Of a stretch of 64,000 nt of DNA, positions 32,949 through 43,210 are shown piece by piece. The stretch is taken from the NCBI GenBank assembly GCA_963793305.1, contig CAWBZV010000005.1, forward strand, positions 1,556,964 to 1,620,963, in the 5' to 3' direction. Numbering within the stretch: the first letter of the stretch is position 1; every line of letters begins with the position of its first letter. The translations under genes and the position numbers were made by a program. The DNA comes from an uncultured Gemmatimonadales bacterium (GTDB lineage Bacteria > Gemmatimonadota > Gemmatimonadetes > Gemmatimonadales > Gemmatimonadaceae). Below the pieces are notes generated by a model that had not been told where the DNA came from, did not search any database, and worked only from the letters and a program-made list of their open reading frames with translations.

Positions 32949-33640
32949 CCGACACCGCGATAGTGTATCCCGGCGTAGCCGCGCCGGCCGGTACCCCAGT
33001 CACGCCGCACAACATCCCGCACCGTGGCGGCCCGGAGAATCCGAGCGCGTCGGCCCTCGCGGCGCAATTCACGGATGCGATCAAGCGAGTCGACGTCGTC
33101 TGGGGCGAGACCACGGTCGTGATCGACCCCGCGCGCCTGCTCGACATCGTGAAATGGCTGCACGATGATCCGAGCCAGCGCTACGACTTCCTGTGCGACG
33201 TCACCGCCGTCGAGTTTCGAGACGCCGATATCCCGATGGAAGTCGTCTGGCATCTTCGCTCGCTCCCGTACCGGCGCTTCTTGCGACTCAAGGCGGAGCT
33301 CCCGAAGGGCGCCGCATTGGAGGTCGACAGCGTGTGGTCGATCTACAAGGCGGCCGATTGGCTGGAGCGGGAATGCTTCGACATGTTCGGCATCACGTTC
33401 CGCGGCCACCCCGACCTGCGCCGCATTCTCATGTGGGAGCAATACCGGGAAGGGCACCCACTGCGCAAAGACTTCCCATTGCGCGGCCGGTTCAGCCGCG
33501 CCGAGCAATTGCGCCAAGCGCTGGCCCAGAACCCCGAAGCACGCTACTCCATGGATGAGCTTTCGATCGTCGAGGCGTTCGAGGACCTGCCGACGGACAT
33601 GCGGCAGCGCCTCTCCCGCGGCGAGAAGACGGGGGAATAG
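32945..33640 (+). CDS. nuoC: NADH-quinone oxidoreductase subunit C
   Basis: [33 protein letters not shown] motif. Confidence 0.96.
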   Translation: MTDTAIVYPGVAAPAGTPVTPHNIPHRGGPENPSASALAAQFTDAIKRVDVVWGETTVVIDPARLLDIVKWLHDDPSQRYDFLCDVTAVEFRDADIPMEVVWHLRSLPYRRFLRLKAELPKGAALEVDSVWSIYKAADWLERECFDMFGITFRGHPDLRRILMWEQYREGHPLRKDFPLRGRFSRAEQLRQALAQNPEARYSMDELSIVEAFEDLPTDMRQRLSRGEKTGE

Positions 33641-33642
33641 AG

Positions 33643-34926
33643 ATGGCCGACACCCGGACCCTCGAGGTCGAGCTCTCGACCACTGGCCTGGACGCCCAGG
33701 GACGTCCCCAGCGCAGCCCGCTCACGGTTGCCTCGTATCCGGCGCTCGAACCGGATTTCGCCGACGAGCACATGTTGATCAACATCGGCCCGCAGCACCC
33801 CGCGACCCACGGGGTATTGCGCCTGGTGCTGGAGCTCGACGGCGAAACCGTCGTGCGCTGCATCCCGCACATCGGCTATCTGCACTGCGGGTTCGAAAAG
33901 ATCGGGGAGTATCGCCAGTACAACCAGATCATCCCGTGGACCGATCGCGAAGACTATTTGAACTCGATCGGCAACAACGTCGCGTTCGCCTTGGGCGCCG
34001 AGCGCCTGTTCGGTATCGAAATCACTGAACGCTGCACGGTGTTGCGAGTCATCGCGGCCGAGCTCTCGCGGATCATCTCGCACCTGGTCTGGCTCGGCAC
34101 GACCTGCATCGATATCGGCGCGTTCACGCCGTTCTTGTGGGCGTTCCAGGAACGCGAGCGCGTCTATGATCTCCTGGAGCGCTGGGTCGGGGCGCGTCTG
34201 ACGACTTCCGCGACTCGCGTCGGCGGGATGGCGGCCGATATCCCCGATGGCTGGACCGCGGCGCTCGATGGGTTCATCAAGACATTCCCGCAGACCATCG
34301 AGCAAGTCGACCGGATGCTGACCAAGAATGGCATCTGGGTCGGGCGCACGGTTGGCCTGGGTGTCATGTCGGCTGACGAGGCGACCAACTATGGTCTCTC
34401 GGGGCCGATGCTGCGCGCCTCAGGCGTCGCCTACGATGTGCGCAAAGACTTCCCGTACCTCGGCTACGAGACGTATGACTTCGATATTCCCGTGGGCACC
34501 CATGGGGATGTGTATGATCGCTATCTCGTGCGCATGGAAGAGTTGCGGCAGTCCGTGAGAATCCTCGAGCAGGCCCTCGCGAGACTGCCCGGTGGCCCGG
34601 TGAATGTGGACGACGCGCGAGTGATTCTGCCGCCAAAGTCGAAGGCAACGAGCGAGATGGAATCCATGATCCATCACTTCAAGCAAGTGATGGAAGGCCC
34701 GAGACCGCCGATTGGGGAGGCGTACGTCGTGGTCGAGAGCCCCAAGGGCGAAAAGGGCTACTATATGGTCTCGGACGGAACGTCCAAGCCCGTCCGCTGG
34801 CGGATCCGACCGCCGTCATTCGTGAACCTGGCGGCGATCCCCAAGATGGTCGAGGGCCACTTGCTCTCCGACGTGATCGCGATCAACGCCAGCATCGACA
34901 TCGTGATGGGAGAAATTGATCGTTGA
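33643..34926 (+). CDS. nuoD: NADH-quinone oxidoreductase subunit D
   Basis: GPQHPATHGVLR, IGYLH, ESPKGE and DIVMGEIDR motifs. Confidence 0.97.
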   Translation: MADTRTLEVELSTTGLDAQGRPQRSPLTVASYPALEPDFADEHMLINIGPQHPATHGVLRLVLELDGETVVRCIPHIGYLHCGFEKIGEYRQYNQIIPWTDREDYLNSIGNNVAFALGAERLFGIEITERCTVLRVIAAELSRIISHLVWLGTTCIDIGAFTPFLWAFQERERVYDLLERWVGARLTTSATRVGGMAADIPDGWTAALDGFIKTFPQTIEQVDRMLTKNGIWVGRTVGLGVMSADEATNYGLSGPMLRASGVAYDVRKDFPYLGYETYDFDIPVGTHGDVYDRYLVRMEELRQSVRILEQALARLPGGPVNVDDARVILPPKSKATSEMESMIHHFKQVMEGPRPPIGEAYVVVESPKGEKGYYMVSDGTSKPVRWRIRPPSFVNLAAIPKMVEGHLLSDVIAINASIDIVMGEIDR

Positions 34927-35417
34927 CGACGAAGGCACCATACGAACCGGTCTTTGTCGGCGAGCGACGCGAGGAGTTGGACGCGCTCCTCGGCCGTTAC
35001 CCGACGAAGATGGCGGCCTTGCTTCCCGCGCTCTGGATCATCCAGGAAGCCCGCGGCTGGGTGAGCGACGCCGCCATGGAAGAAGTCGCCAGCGTACTCG
35101 ACCTCACGCCGGCGTACGTCAAAGGCGTCGTCACGTTCTACACGATGTATCACCAACACCCGGTCGGGAAATACTTCGTCCAGGTGTGCACGACCTCGCC
35201 GTGCAACGTGTGCGGTGCCGAAGATGTCGTGCGGGCATTTCTCAGACACACCAAGTGCGAGGAGCTGGGCCAGACCTCACCGGACGGCCGATTCACGGTA
35301 ATCGAAGTCGAGTGCCTCGGCGCGTGTGGATTCGCGACCCCGGTGATGATCAACGCCGAGTTTGTAGAATCGGTCACGCCAGACACCGTGCCGGCCATCG
35401 TCGCCGCTCATAAATAG
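34923..35417 (+). CDS. nuoE: NADH-quinone oxidoreductase subunit E
   Basis: VTFYTMY, CTTSPC and ECLGAC motifs. Confidence 0.95.
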   Translation: MTTKAPYEPVFVGERREELDALLGRYPTKMAALLPALWIIQEARGWVSDAAMEEVASVLDLTPAYVKGVVTFYTMYHQHPVGKYFVQVCTTSPCNVCGAEDVVRAFLRHTKCEELGQTSPDGRFTVIEVECLGACGFATPVMINAEFVESVTPDTVPAIVAAHK

Positions 35418-35429
35418 ACTACGCCATCC

Positions 35430-36755
35430 ATGGGCTATCCCCACAAATCGCACGCGCGCGAGACGCCGGTCCTGTCCCAACATTTCGGCGATTCCGACGC
35501 GCTCTCGCTCTCGGGCTGGCGCCAGCGCGGTGGCTACCGCGCCCTGGAGCAAGCGCTCGGCATGGCTCCAGTCGAAATCACGAACATGGTGAAAGAATCC
35601 GGCCTCCGGGGCCGCGGTGGCGCCGGGTTCCCGACGGGCCTCAAGTGGTCGTTCATGAAGGTTGGCGACGGCAAGCCGCACTACTTGTGCTGCAACGCCG
35701 ACGAGTCGGAGCCAGGGACGTTCAAAGACCGTGAGATCATGCGCTGGACGCCGCACGCCTTGATCGAAGGCTGCGCGATCGCCGCGCACGCGATGGGCGC
35801 CGAGACGACATATATCTATATCCGCGGCGAATTCACGGAACCGCTCGACCGCATGAACGCGGCCGTCAAGGAAGCGTACTCCGAGGGCGTCCTCGGCAAG
35901 AACGCCCTGGGCTCCGGCAAGCGCATCGACGTGCACGTGCATAAGGGCGCGGGCGCATATATCTGTGGCGAAGAAACCGCCCTCATGAACTCACTCGAGG
36001 GCCGCCGTGGGACTCCCCGTATCAAGCCCCCATTTCCCGCCGCCTCGGGTGTCTTCGGCCAGCCCACGACGATCAACAACGTCGAGACACTGGCCGCCGT
36101 TCCTCACATCTTGAACAACGGCGCCGAGTGGTACAAGCAGATGTGTTTGTCGAGCCCGAAGAGCACGGGCACAAAATTGTACTCGGTGTGCGGTAACGTT
36201 CGCCGGCCGGGCACCTATGAAGTCGTCATGGGCTTCCCGTTCAAAGACTTCTTGTATGATCTCTGTGGCGGACCGCTAGCCGGTAGGAAGTTCAAGGCGA
36301 TTATCCCCGGCGGCGCGTCCGTCCCGATTCAGACGATGGACGAGGCCGAGGCGACCCTTATGGACTATGAGGGCTTCGTCGCGAAGGGAACGATGCTGGG
36401 CTCGGGCGGCGTGATCTGCATCGACGACCAGCAATGCATGGTGAAGCAGATCGCCCGGCTCGCTCGCTTCTTCGCCCACGAAAGCTGCGCCCAATGCACG
36501 CAATGCCGCGAAGGCACGGCGTGGACGACGAAGATCGTCGAGCGCATCGAAGCGGGGGAGGGCACGACGGCCGATCTCGACACGCTGCTTTCCATCGCCG
36601 ACAACATGACGGGCAAGACTATTTGCGTGCTGTCCGACTCGTGCGCGGTACCAGTCGTTTCGGGTATCCAGAAATTCCGCGACGAGTTCATGGCGCACAT
36701 TACCCAGAAGCGTTGCCCCTATCGCACGACGCCTGCTCGGAGCGCTGCCGCATGA
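35430..36755 (+). CDS. nuoF: NADH-quinone oxidoreductase subunit F
   Basis: GRGGAGFPTG, NADESEPGTFKD, GAGAYICGEETAL and ESCAQCTQCREG motifs. Confidence 0.97.
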   Translation: MGYPHKSHARETPVLSQHFGDSDALSLSGWRQRGGYRALEQALGMAPVEITNMVKESGLRGRGGAGFPTGLKWSFMKVGDGKPHYLCCNADESEPGTFKDREIMRWTPHALIEGCAIAAHAMGAETTYIYIRGEFTEPLDRMNAAVKEAYSEGVLGKNALGSGKRIDVHVHKGAGAYICGEETALMNSLEGRRGTPRIKPPFPAASGVFGQPTTINNVETLAAVPHILNNGAEWYKQMCLSSPKSTGTKLYSVCGNVRRPGTYEVVMGFPFKDFLYDLCGGPLAGRKFKAIIPGGASVPIQTMDEAEATLMDYEGFVAKGTMLGSGGVICIDDQQCMVKQIARLARFFAHESCAQCTQCREGTAWTTKIVERIEAGEGTTADLDTLLSIADNMTGKTICVLSDSCAVPVVSGIQKFRDEFMAHITQKRCPYRTTPARSAAA

Positions 36756-38275
36756 GCGATGTGACGCTCACGATCGAAGGCCGCCAGGTCCATGTCCCGG
36801 CGGGGACCTCGATTCTCGAGGCCGCCAAGACAGCGGGCATTCTGGTGCCGCACTATTGTTACCACCCGGCACTCCCGATCCCGGCCCTCTGCCGGATGTG
36901 CCTCGTCGAGGTCGAGAAAGCGCCGAAGCTCTTGCCGGCTTGCCAGACCACGGTCGCCGACAATCAGGTCGTGCACGTGCATTCGTCGAAAGCCCAAGAG
37001 GCGCGCAAGGGCGTGCTCGAGATGCTCTTGATCAATCACCCGCTCGACTGTCCGATCTGCGATCAGTCCGGCGAGTGCGAGCTCCAGGATTACACGTACG
37101 CCGAGGGTCGGGCCGACTCCCGCTACAAGGAGCCGAAGCGCTTCAACCCGGTCGAAGATTTCGGCGGCGACGTGATGTACGTCGCCAATCGCTGCATCCT
37201 GTGCACGCGCTGCGTGCGGTTCATGGAAGATGTCGCTCACGATGCCGTGCTGACCGTCAGCGAGCGCGGCGACCGCGCATTGATCAGCAAATTCGAGGAT
37301 CACGACCTCACGCACCCGTGGGCGGGCAATGTCGTCGAGCTGTGCCCGGTCGGCGCGCTCCTCTCAAAGGACTTCCTGAACAAGGCTCGCGCCTGGGAGC
37401 TCGACCGCGCGGCGTCGATCTGCCCGAACTGCACGCAGGGTTGCAACACCACGATCGAGACCCGGGACAACGTCGTCGTCCGGTTGCGTCCCCGGGTGAA
37501 CGAGGACGTCAACAAGTATTTCATGTGCGACCATGGCCGGCTCGACTATCGCTGGCTCAATCGTCGCGATCGCGTGACCTCGCCGTCCGTCCGCGGGCAA
37601 CACGCCGATTGGTCTCTGGCGGTTGCGGCGGCGATCGACGCGCTCGGCGGCCGCACGCTCAACGTGCTGGCCTCGCCGATGCTGCCCAACGAAGCGCTGT
37701 TCTTGCTCGGCCGGCTGATCAAGCGCCTGAACGGCAAAGGATGGTTCACGGTTCCGCAGGGGCCCGAGGCGCCACTCGATGGCGTTCAGGATCTCGCGCT
37801 GCGTTCTGACCGTGCGGCCAACGTCAAAGGGGCCGAGCTGTTCGGGTTCGCACGCATTGCCGACCCTGCCGCTGTCCTCGCTGGCCTGACCGACAAAGAC
37901 GTTCTGCTGGTAGCCGACGAAGAGTTGGCTGGGTACAGCGTCCCGCCGAAGGCGGGCGCCATAATCATCGTTGGGACGACGCAGCCGGCGTGGACCGGAA
38001 ACAATCCCGTCGTGCTTCCGACGACGAACATGGCCGAGGAAGAGGGGACGTTCACGAACCTGCGCGGCCGCGTGCAGCGGTACCTGCAAGCGAAGGCGGC
38101 CCCAGGCGAGTCTCGCCCGACGTACGCGGTGCTCTCCGATGTGCTGATCGCCGCGGGCGAGCCGGCCAACTATATGGTACCGTCCGAGGTGTTCGCGGCC
38201 CTCGCCGCGTCCCACCCATCGTTCTCCGGAATGAGCTACGACACGCTGGCTCTAAAGGGAGCCGTGATCCGATGA
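36752..38275 (+). CDS. nuoG: NADH-quinone oxidoreductase subunit G (short form)
   Basis: CYHP..CRMC, HPLDCPICDQSGEC, CILCTRC and CPNCTQGC motifs. Confidence 0.94.
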   Translation: MSDVTLTIEGRQVHVPAGTSILEAAKTAGILVPHYCYHPALPIPALCRMCLVEVEKAPKLLPACQTTVADNQVVHVHSSKAQEARKGVLEMLLINHPLDCPICDQSGECELQDYTYAEGRADSRYKEPKRFNPVEDFGGDVMYVANRCILCTRCVRFMEDVAHDAVLTVSERGDRALISKFEDHDLTHPWAGNVVELCPVGALLSKDFLNKARAWELDRAASICPNCTQGCNTTIETRDNVVVRLRPRVNEDVNKYFMCDHGRLDYRWLNRRDRVTSPSVRGQHADWSLAVAAAIDALGGRTLNVLASPMLPNEALFLLGRLIKRLNGKGWFTVPQGPEAPLDGVQDLALRSDRAANVKGAELFGFARIADPAAVLAGLTDKDVLLVADEELAGYSVPPKAGAIIIVGTTQPAWTGNNPVVLPTTNMAEEEGTFTNLRGRVQRYLQAKAAPGESRPTYAVLSDVLIAAGEPANYMVPSEVFAALAASHPSFSGMSYDTLALKGAVIR

Positions 38276-39558
38276 ACTGGTGGACACGAGCGTTCTGTCC
38301 CGCCGGGTTGCCGTATGACCCGCAGCAGCCGGTCCCCGACTCGGCGTTCTGGCATTTCCTGCCGATCGACCTGATCGCGATCCTCATCAAGATGCTCGCG
38401 GTCTTCACGGTCTACATGGTCGGCGTCGCGATGCTGACGTTGGCCGAGCGGAAGATCTCGGCGTGGATCCAGGACCGGCATGGGCCGAACCGGGTGCTCA
38501 AGGGGTGGGGCCAGCCGCTCGCTGATGGCGTCAAGAATTTCATGAAAGAAGAGACGCTGCCCCCCTTCGTCAATCGTCCGCTGTTCCTGTTGGCACCAGC
38601 ACTCAGTTTTATACCCGCCTTGATCACGTGGGCCGCGATCCCATTTGGCGCGCCGCTGCCGACATGCTGGGGCCGGATCGATATGGTGCTCGCCAATCTG
38701 CCGGTCGGGTATCTGTACGTGCTCTCGATCAGCTCACTCGGCGTGTACGGCATCGTGTTCGCCGGATGGGCTTCGAATAACAAGTACTCGCTCATGGGCG
38801 GCCTCCGCTCGAGCGCCCAGATGATCTCGTACGAGATCCCGCTCGGCATGTCGATGATCGCCGTGCTGATCTTGACCGGCAACGTGTCGTTTAGCGAGAT
38901 CGTTCGCCAGCAGTCGTGGGGCTGGAACGTCATCACGCTGACCTTGGGCTGCTTCATCTTCATGGTCTCGGCGTTCGCTGAGAACAACCGGCTCCCGTTC
39001 GATCTGCCGGAAGCCGAGTCGGAGCTGATCGCCGGCTATCACACCGAGTACAGCGCGATGAAATTTTCTCTCTTTTTCATCGCCGAGTACGCGAACATGG
39101 TCACGCAGAGTGCCATGATCGCGACGATCTTTTTCGGCGGCTGGTCGATGCCGGGTCTCGATGGCCCGCCATGGACGGTGCTCAAATGGGCGCTCTCGAT
39201 CGCCGTGTTCCTGGGCAAAGTGCTCTTCTTCTTGTTTGTCTTCATGTGGATCCGCTGGACACTCCCGCGGTTCCGCTATGACCAGCTGATGTCGCTGGGT
39301 TGGAAGGTGCTGCTGCCGCTGTCGCTGGCGTATATCGTGATCATTGCCAGCGCGGTCCTTGGACTCGATGTCCTCGGCATTCAGCACGGCTGGCTCCTGA
39401 GCCTCGATTTGTTCGTGTTGAACATCGTGCTCATGGTCATTGTGTTCCTCGTTATCGATCGCGGTCGCCTGGTCAGCCCGGCATCCGCGCGTGTGCGGGC
39501 CGCCGAGCTCGCGCGGCTGCGTGCGGTCGCCAAGGTCGAGCGTCCGGTGGAGGTCTAA
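38272..39558 (+). CDS. nuoH: NADH-quinone oxidoreductase subunit H
   Basis: ERKISAWIQDRHGPN, RSSAQMISYE, PFDLPEAESEL and RWTLPRFRYDQLM motifs. Confidence 0.96.
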   Translation: MNWWTRAFCPAGLPYDPQQPVPDSAFWHFLPIDLIAILIKMLAVFTVYMVGVAMLTLAERKISAWIQDRHGPNRVLKGWGQPLADGVKNFMKEETLPPFVNRPLFLLAPALSFIPALITWAAIPFGAPLPTCWGRIDMVLANLPVGYLYVLSISSLGVYGIVFAGWASNNKYSLMGGLRSSAQMISYEIPLGMSMIAVLILTGNVSFSEIVRQQSWGWNVITLTLGCFIFMVSAFAENNRLPFDLPEAESELIAGYHTEYSAMKFSLFFIAEYANMVTQSAMIATIFFGGWSMPGLDGPPWTVLKWALSIAVFLGKVLFFLFVFMWIRWTLPRFRYDQLMSLGWKVLLPLSLAYIVIIASAVLGLDVLGIQHGWLLSLDLFVLNIVLMVIVFLVIDRGRLVSPASARVRAAELARLRAVAKVERPVEV

Positions 39559-40055
39559 TGGGAATCGGTGTCAAAGTTCTGGAGCGTCCGACGGGAGAAG
39601 TGAGCTATGTGCGGGCGATGATCAGTGGGCTCGGCCTCACGTTCAAGCACATGATCAATCCGCACAAAGTCACCGTGCAGTACCCCGAGGTGCGCTCGAC
39701 CATCTCGCCGCGCTGGCGGGGCACGCACCGGATGCTGACGACCGAGACCGGCAAGGCCAAGTGCGTGGCCTGCGGACTCTGTCCGACGGTGTGTCCGGCG
39801 AACTGCATCAAGCTCGTGCCCGGCGAGGATGAGCAGGGCAATCGCTATCCGCTGGTGTTCGAGATCGACGAGTTCCGGTGCATCTTCTGTGGCTATTGCC
39901 AGGAAGTGTGCCCGGAAGAGGCGATTCACGTCGGGCGTCACTACGAGAACTCCGAGTACAGCCGCGAAGGCTTCGTCTACGACCTCGAGCGGTTGATCGC
40001 GCAGACGCACCCGGTGTGCGAGATGTGGGATCCCGCGGACCCGAAGGGGGAATAA
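39558..40055 (+). CDS. nuoI: NADH-quinone oxidoreductase subunit I
   Basis: TVQYPE, CVACGLCPTVCP and CIFCGYCQEVCP motifs. Confidence 0.96.
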   Translation: MGIGVKVLERPTGEVSYVRAMISGLGLTFKHMINPHKVTVQYPEVRSTISPRWRGTHRMLTTETGKAKCVACGLCPTVCPANCIKLVPGEDEQGNRYPLVFEIDEFRCIFCGYCQEVCPEEAIHVGRHYENSEYSREGFVYDLERLIAQTHPVCEMWDPADPKGE

Positions 40056-40062
40056 CGGCCCC

Positions 40063-40629
40063 GTGCCACCGTATACGAACTTCCTCTACAGCTTCAATTT
40101 CTACCTGTTCGGGCTGATCGCGATCGCGTCGGCCATCGTGTTCGTGACGCGCAAGAGCGCGGTGGCGGCGGCGCTGTGGCTCGTCAACGTCATGTTCTGC
40201 CTCGCGGCGCTGTTCGTGATGCTCGACGCGCCGTTTGTCGGCATCATCCAGATCCTGGTCTATGCCGGCGCGATCATGGTCGTGTTCCTGTTCGTGATCA
40301 TGCTGCTCAACCTGGGGGAGGGCGCCGTCTCCGACATGCGGAACTGGCGCTGGAGCCTCGTCGCCGGGCTGTTCGGCCTGGCGCTGATCGCGCAGCTGGC
40401 GGCGACCCGACGGTCGGAGCCGGTGAGCGCGATCGCGTTGGCGCCGGACTCGCTGGCGATCATCCAGAGAGCCCAAGGCGCGGTGCCGCCCGTCGCGGCG
40501 CCGCTCTTCAACCAGTACCTGCTTGCTTTCGAGGTCACCAGCGTGCTGTTACTCGTGGCGATCGTTGGGGCCGTGGTCATCGGGCGCCGGCGCGGCGAGT
40601 TCCTGGGGGGAGCCCGCGATGCTCGCTGA
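40063..40629 (+). CDS. nuoJ: NADH-quinone oxidoreductase subunit J
   Basis: [19 protein letters not shown] and [15 protein letters not shown] motifs. Confidence 0.95.
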   Translation: MPPYTNFLYSFNFYLFGLIAIASAIVFVTRKSAVAAALWLVNVMFCLAALFVMLDAPFVGIIQILVYAGAIMVVFLFVIMLLNLGEGAVSDMRNWRWSLVAGLFGLALIAQLAATRRSEPVSAIALAPDSLAIIQRAQGAVPPVAAPLFNQYLLAFEVTSVLLLVAIVGAVVIGRRRGEFLGGARDAR

Positions 40630-40912
40630 GTCACTCGCGATCTCGGCCGTTCTCTTCGCGATCGGCGTCGTCGGAGTGCTCATTCGGCGCAACGCGATCA
40701 TCGTGTTCATGTGCGTTGAGCTCATGCTGAACGCCGTGAATCTCACGTTTGTCGCCTTCTCCCGATACTACGGCTTCGCCGGGCAGGTCTTCGTGATCTT
40801 CGTCATGACCGTGGCGGCGGCCGAGGCGGCCGTTGGGCTCGCGATCGTCATCGCGAATTTCCGGCATCGGCAAACTGTCGACCTTCAGAACATCAACCTC
40901 TTGCGCGGCTGA
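40619..40912 (+). CDS. nuoK: NADH-quinone oxidoreductase subunit K
   Basis: [12 protein letters not shown] and [11 protein letters not shown] motifs. Confidence 0.96.
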   Translation: MLAESLAISAVLFAIGVVGVLIRRNAIIVFMCVELMLNAVNLTFVAFSRYYGFAGQVFVIFVMTVAAAEAAVGLAIVIANFRHRQTVDLQNINLLRG

Positions 40913-43206
40913 TGCCACATCCGCTCGACGGTACCGCGGCCGAGTACGTCTGGGCCATCCCGGTTCTGCCGTTACTCGGCTTTGCCATCAACGGCGCACT
41001 CTCGCTATTTAGTGCCGGGCGCCCGGGTCCAGCCGACCCGTCTGCGCATGACGATCACTCCTCGTCGCTTCGCGACTCGTCGCCTACGGCGGACTCGCAT
41101 GCTGTGGTGGCAGGCGATGCCGGAGCGTCTGGGCACGGGTCAGGCCCGGCCGCTGGAAGCGCATCCGGCTCGAGCGCTGGACACGGATCAGTCTCGGCTA
41201 CTGGGCACGGATCAGATCCGGCCGCCGGTTCAGCGCACGCCGAAGGCAGTGCGCCCCGGTTTGGTGGGCTCGTAAGCTTCATCGGGCCCGCAGTAGTAGC
41301 CGCGTCGTTCGTGCTGGCCGTCGCGATCTTCATGGCGATGCTGGCTACGCACGCCGACACGCCGTTCGTCCAGCGCACATTCCCATGGCTCGTCGGCGTC
41401 TGCGACCACAACGACAACCTGGGTTGCCTCATCGTCGACTGGTCCTGGCAGATCGACCGCCTGTCGATGCTGATGGTCCTCGTGATCACGGGAGTCGGCA
41501 CGCTGATCCACATATTCAGCGTCGGCTACATGCGCGAGGACCCAGGCTACGCCCGCTACTTCGCGTACCTCAACCTGTTCGTGTTCTTCATGCTGGTCCT
41601 GGTGCTCGGCGCCAGCTACCCGGTCCTGTTCGTCGGCTGGGAAGGCGTCGGCCTCTGCTCGTATCTCTTGATCGGCTTCTGGTTCAACGACAAGGCCAAC
41701 GCCGACGCCGGCAAGAAGGCCTTTATCGTGAACCGGATCGGCGACTTCGGCCTGCTCATGGCGATGTTCATGCTCTTCGCCAACATGGGCACGCTCGACT
41801 TCGGCGGCGTGTTCAGCAACGCCGCCTCGCTCGGCGCGAACTCGCCGCTCGTCACGACGATCTGCCTCTTCATTTTCCTGGGCTGCGTCGGCAAGAGCGC
41901 CCAGATCCCGCTCTACGTCTGGCTACCGGACGCGATGGCCGGCCCAACGCCAGTCTCGGCCCTGATCCACGCCGCGACCATGGTCACGGCCGGCGTCTAT
42001 CTCGTCGCGCGCAGCTCGGCCCTCTTTGCGCTGGCGCCGGCGGCGAGTCTGACCGTGTGCGTGATCGGCGCCCTGACCGCGATCTTCGCGGCGACGATCG
42101 GCCTCAAGCAGTGGGACATCAAGAAGGTCCTCGCGTACTCCACGGTCTCCCAGCTCGGCTACATGTTCGTCGGCGTCGGCGCCGACGCCTACGTCGCCGG
42201 CATGTTCCACCTGGTGACCCACGCGTTCTTCAAGGCGCTCTTATTCCTCGGTGCCGGCTCCGTGATCTACGCGATGCACGCCGCCTATCACGAGACACAC
42301 AGCCACGACGACGCGCAGGACATGCGCAACATGGGCGGCCTGCGCCAGTACATGCCGGGACCTTCGTCCTCATGTGGATCGCGACGCTGGCCATCGCGGG
42401 CATCCCGCCATTCGCGGGATTCTTCTCGAAGGACGAGATTCTCGGGACCGTGTTCGCCCGCGCCCAGGGGTCGGCGCTCGCCGACGCCCATTGGCTCGGC
42501 ATTCCAGGGAGCATCGTGCTCTACGCCTGCTATGCCCTGGGCCTGGCCGCGGCGCTGCTCACCGCGATCTACATGACGCGCCTGATGCTGTACACGTTCC
42601 ACGGCAAGAATCGCACAGGCGAGGCCGAGAGCAAGCATTTGCGTGAGGCTCCGTGGGTGATGACGGGCCCACTCGTCGTGCTCGGGCTCTTGAGTCTCGC
42701 TGGTGGATTTCTAAACGTGCCCGCGTTGGTCGGCAACGTCATGCCGACCGAGGCGCTGGCCCACTGGCTGGAGCCATCGCTCGAGCGTCGCGCCCGGAAT
42801 AGTCGCAGCGGGCCCGTCACAGGAGGTCGGGCTCATTCTGGTGGCGGTTGCCATTGCGATCGTCGGCATTGCCATAGCCGTCGTGCGCCTCAAACCCGAT
42901 GCGCTCAAGCCCGCCGACGAGCCGCAGCCGGTCGACACGCCGATCGAGAGCCTGCTGGAGCACAAGTACTACGTGGATGAGATATACGATCGTGGAATAG
43001 TTCGGCCGCTTCTATGGTTCTCGCGGTCGGTCCTGTGGAAAGGCGTCGACGGCCTGATCGACGCAACGGTGAACTTCGCTGCCTGGATCTGGCGCGGTCT
43101 AGCGGTCGTGGGCTCGGCGATCCAGGATGGCCAGATTGGCGTCTATGCCTGGGTGTTGGTTGCTGGCGTGATCATCGTGCTCGGCGCGTTCTCCCTGACC
43201 TATTGA
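40912..43206 (+). CDS. nuoL: NADH-quinone oxidoreductase subunit L, with two apparent frameshifts (~42358, ~42787)
   Basis: GWEGVGLCSYLLIGFW, WLPDAMAGPTPVS and THAFFKA in the first frame; GFFSKDEIL in the second; KYYVDEIY in the third. Confidence 0.93.
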
Positions 43207-43210
43207 GATA

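Noticed and set aside
36752..38275. Short NuoG as a defect or novel subunit
   Set aside because: All Fe-S motifs are present, and shortened C-terminal domains occur in many lineages.
42340..42850. nuoL as naturally split into three genes
   Set aside because: The pieces lack their own RBS and join seamlessly with single-base fixes in an otherwise complete nuoA-N operon.
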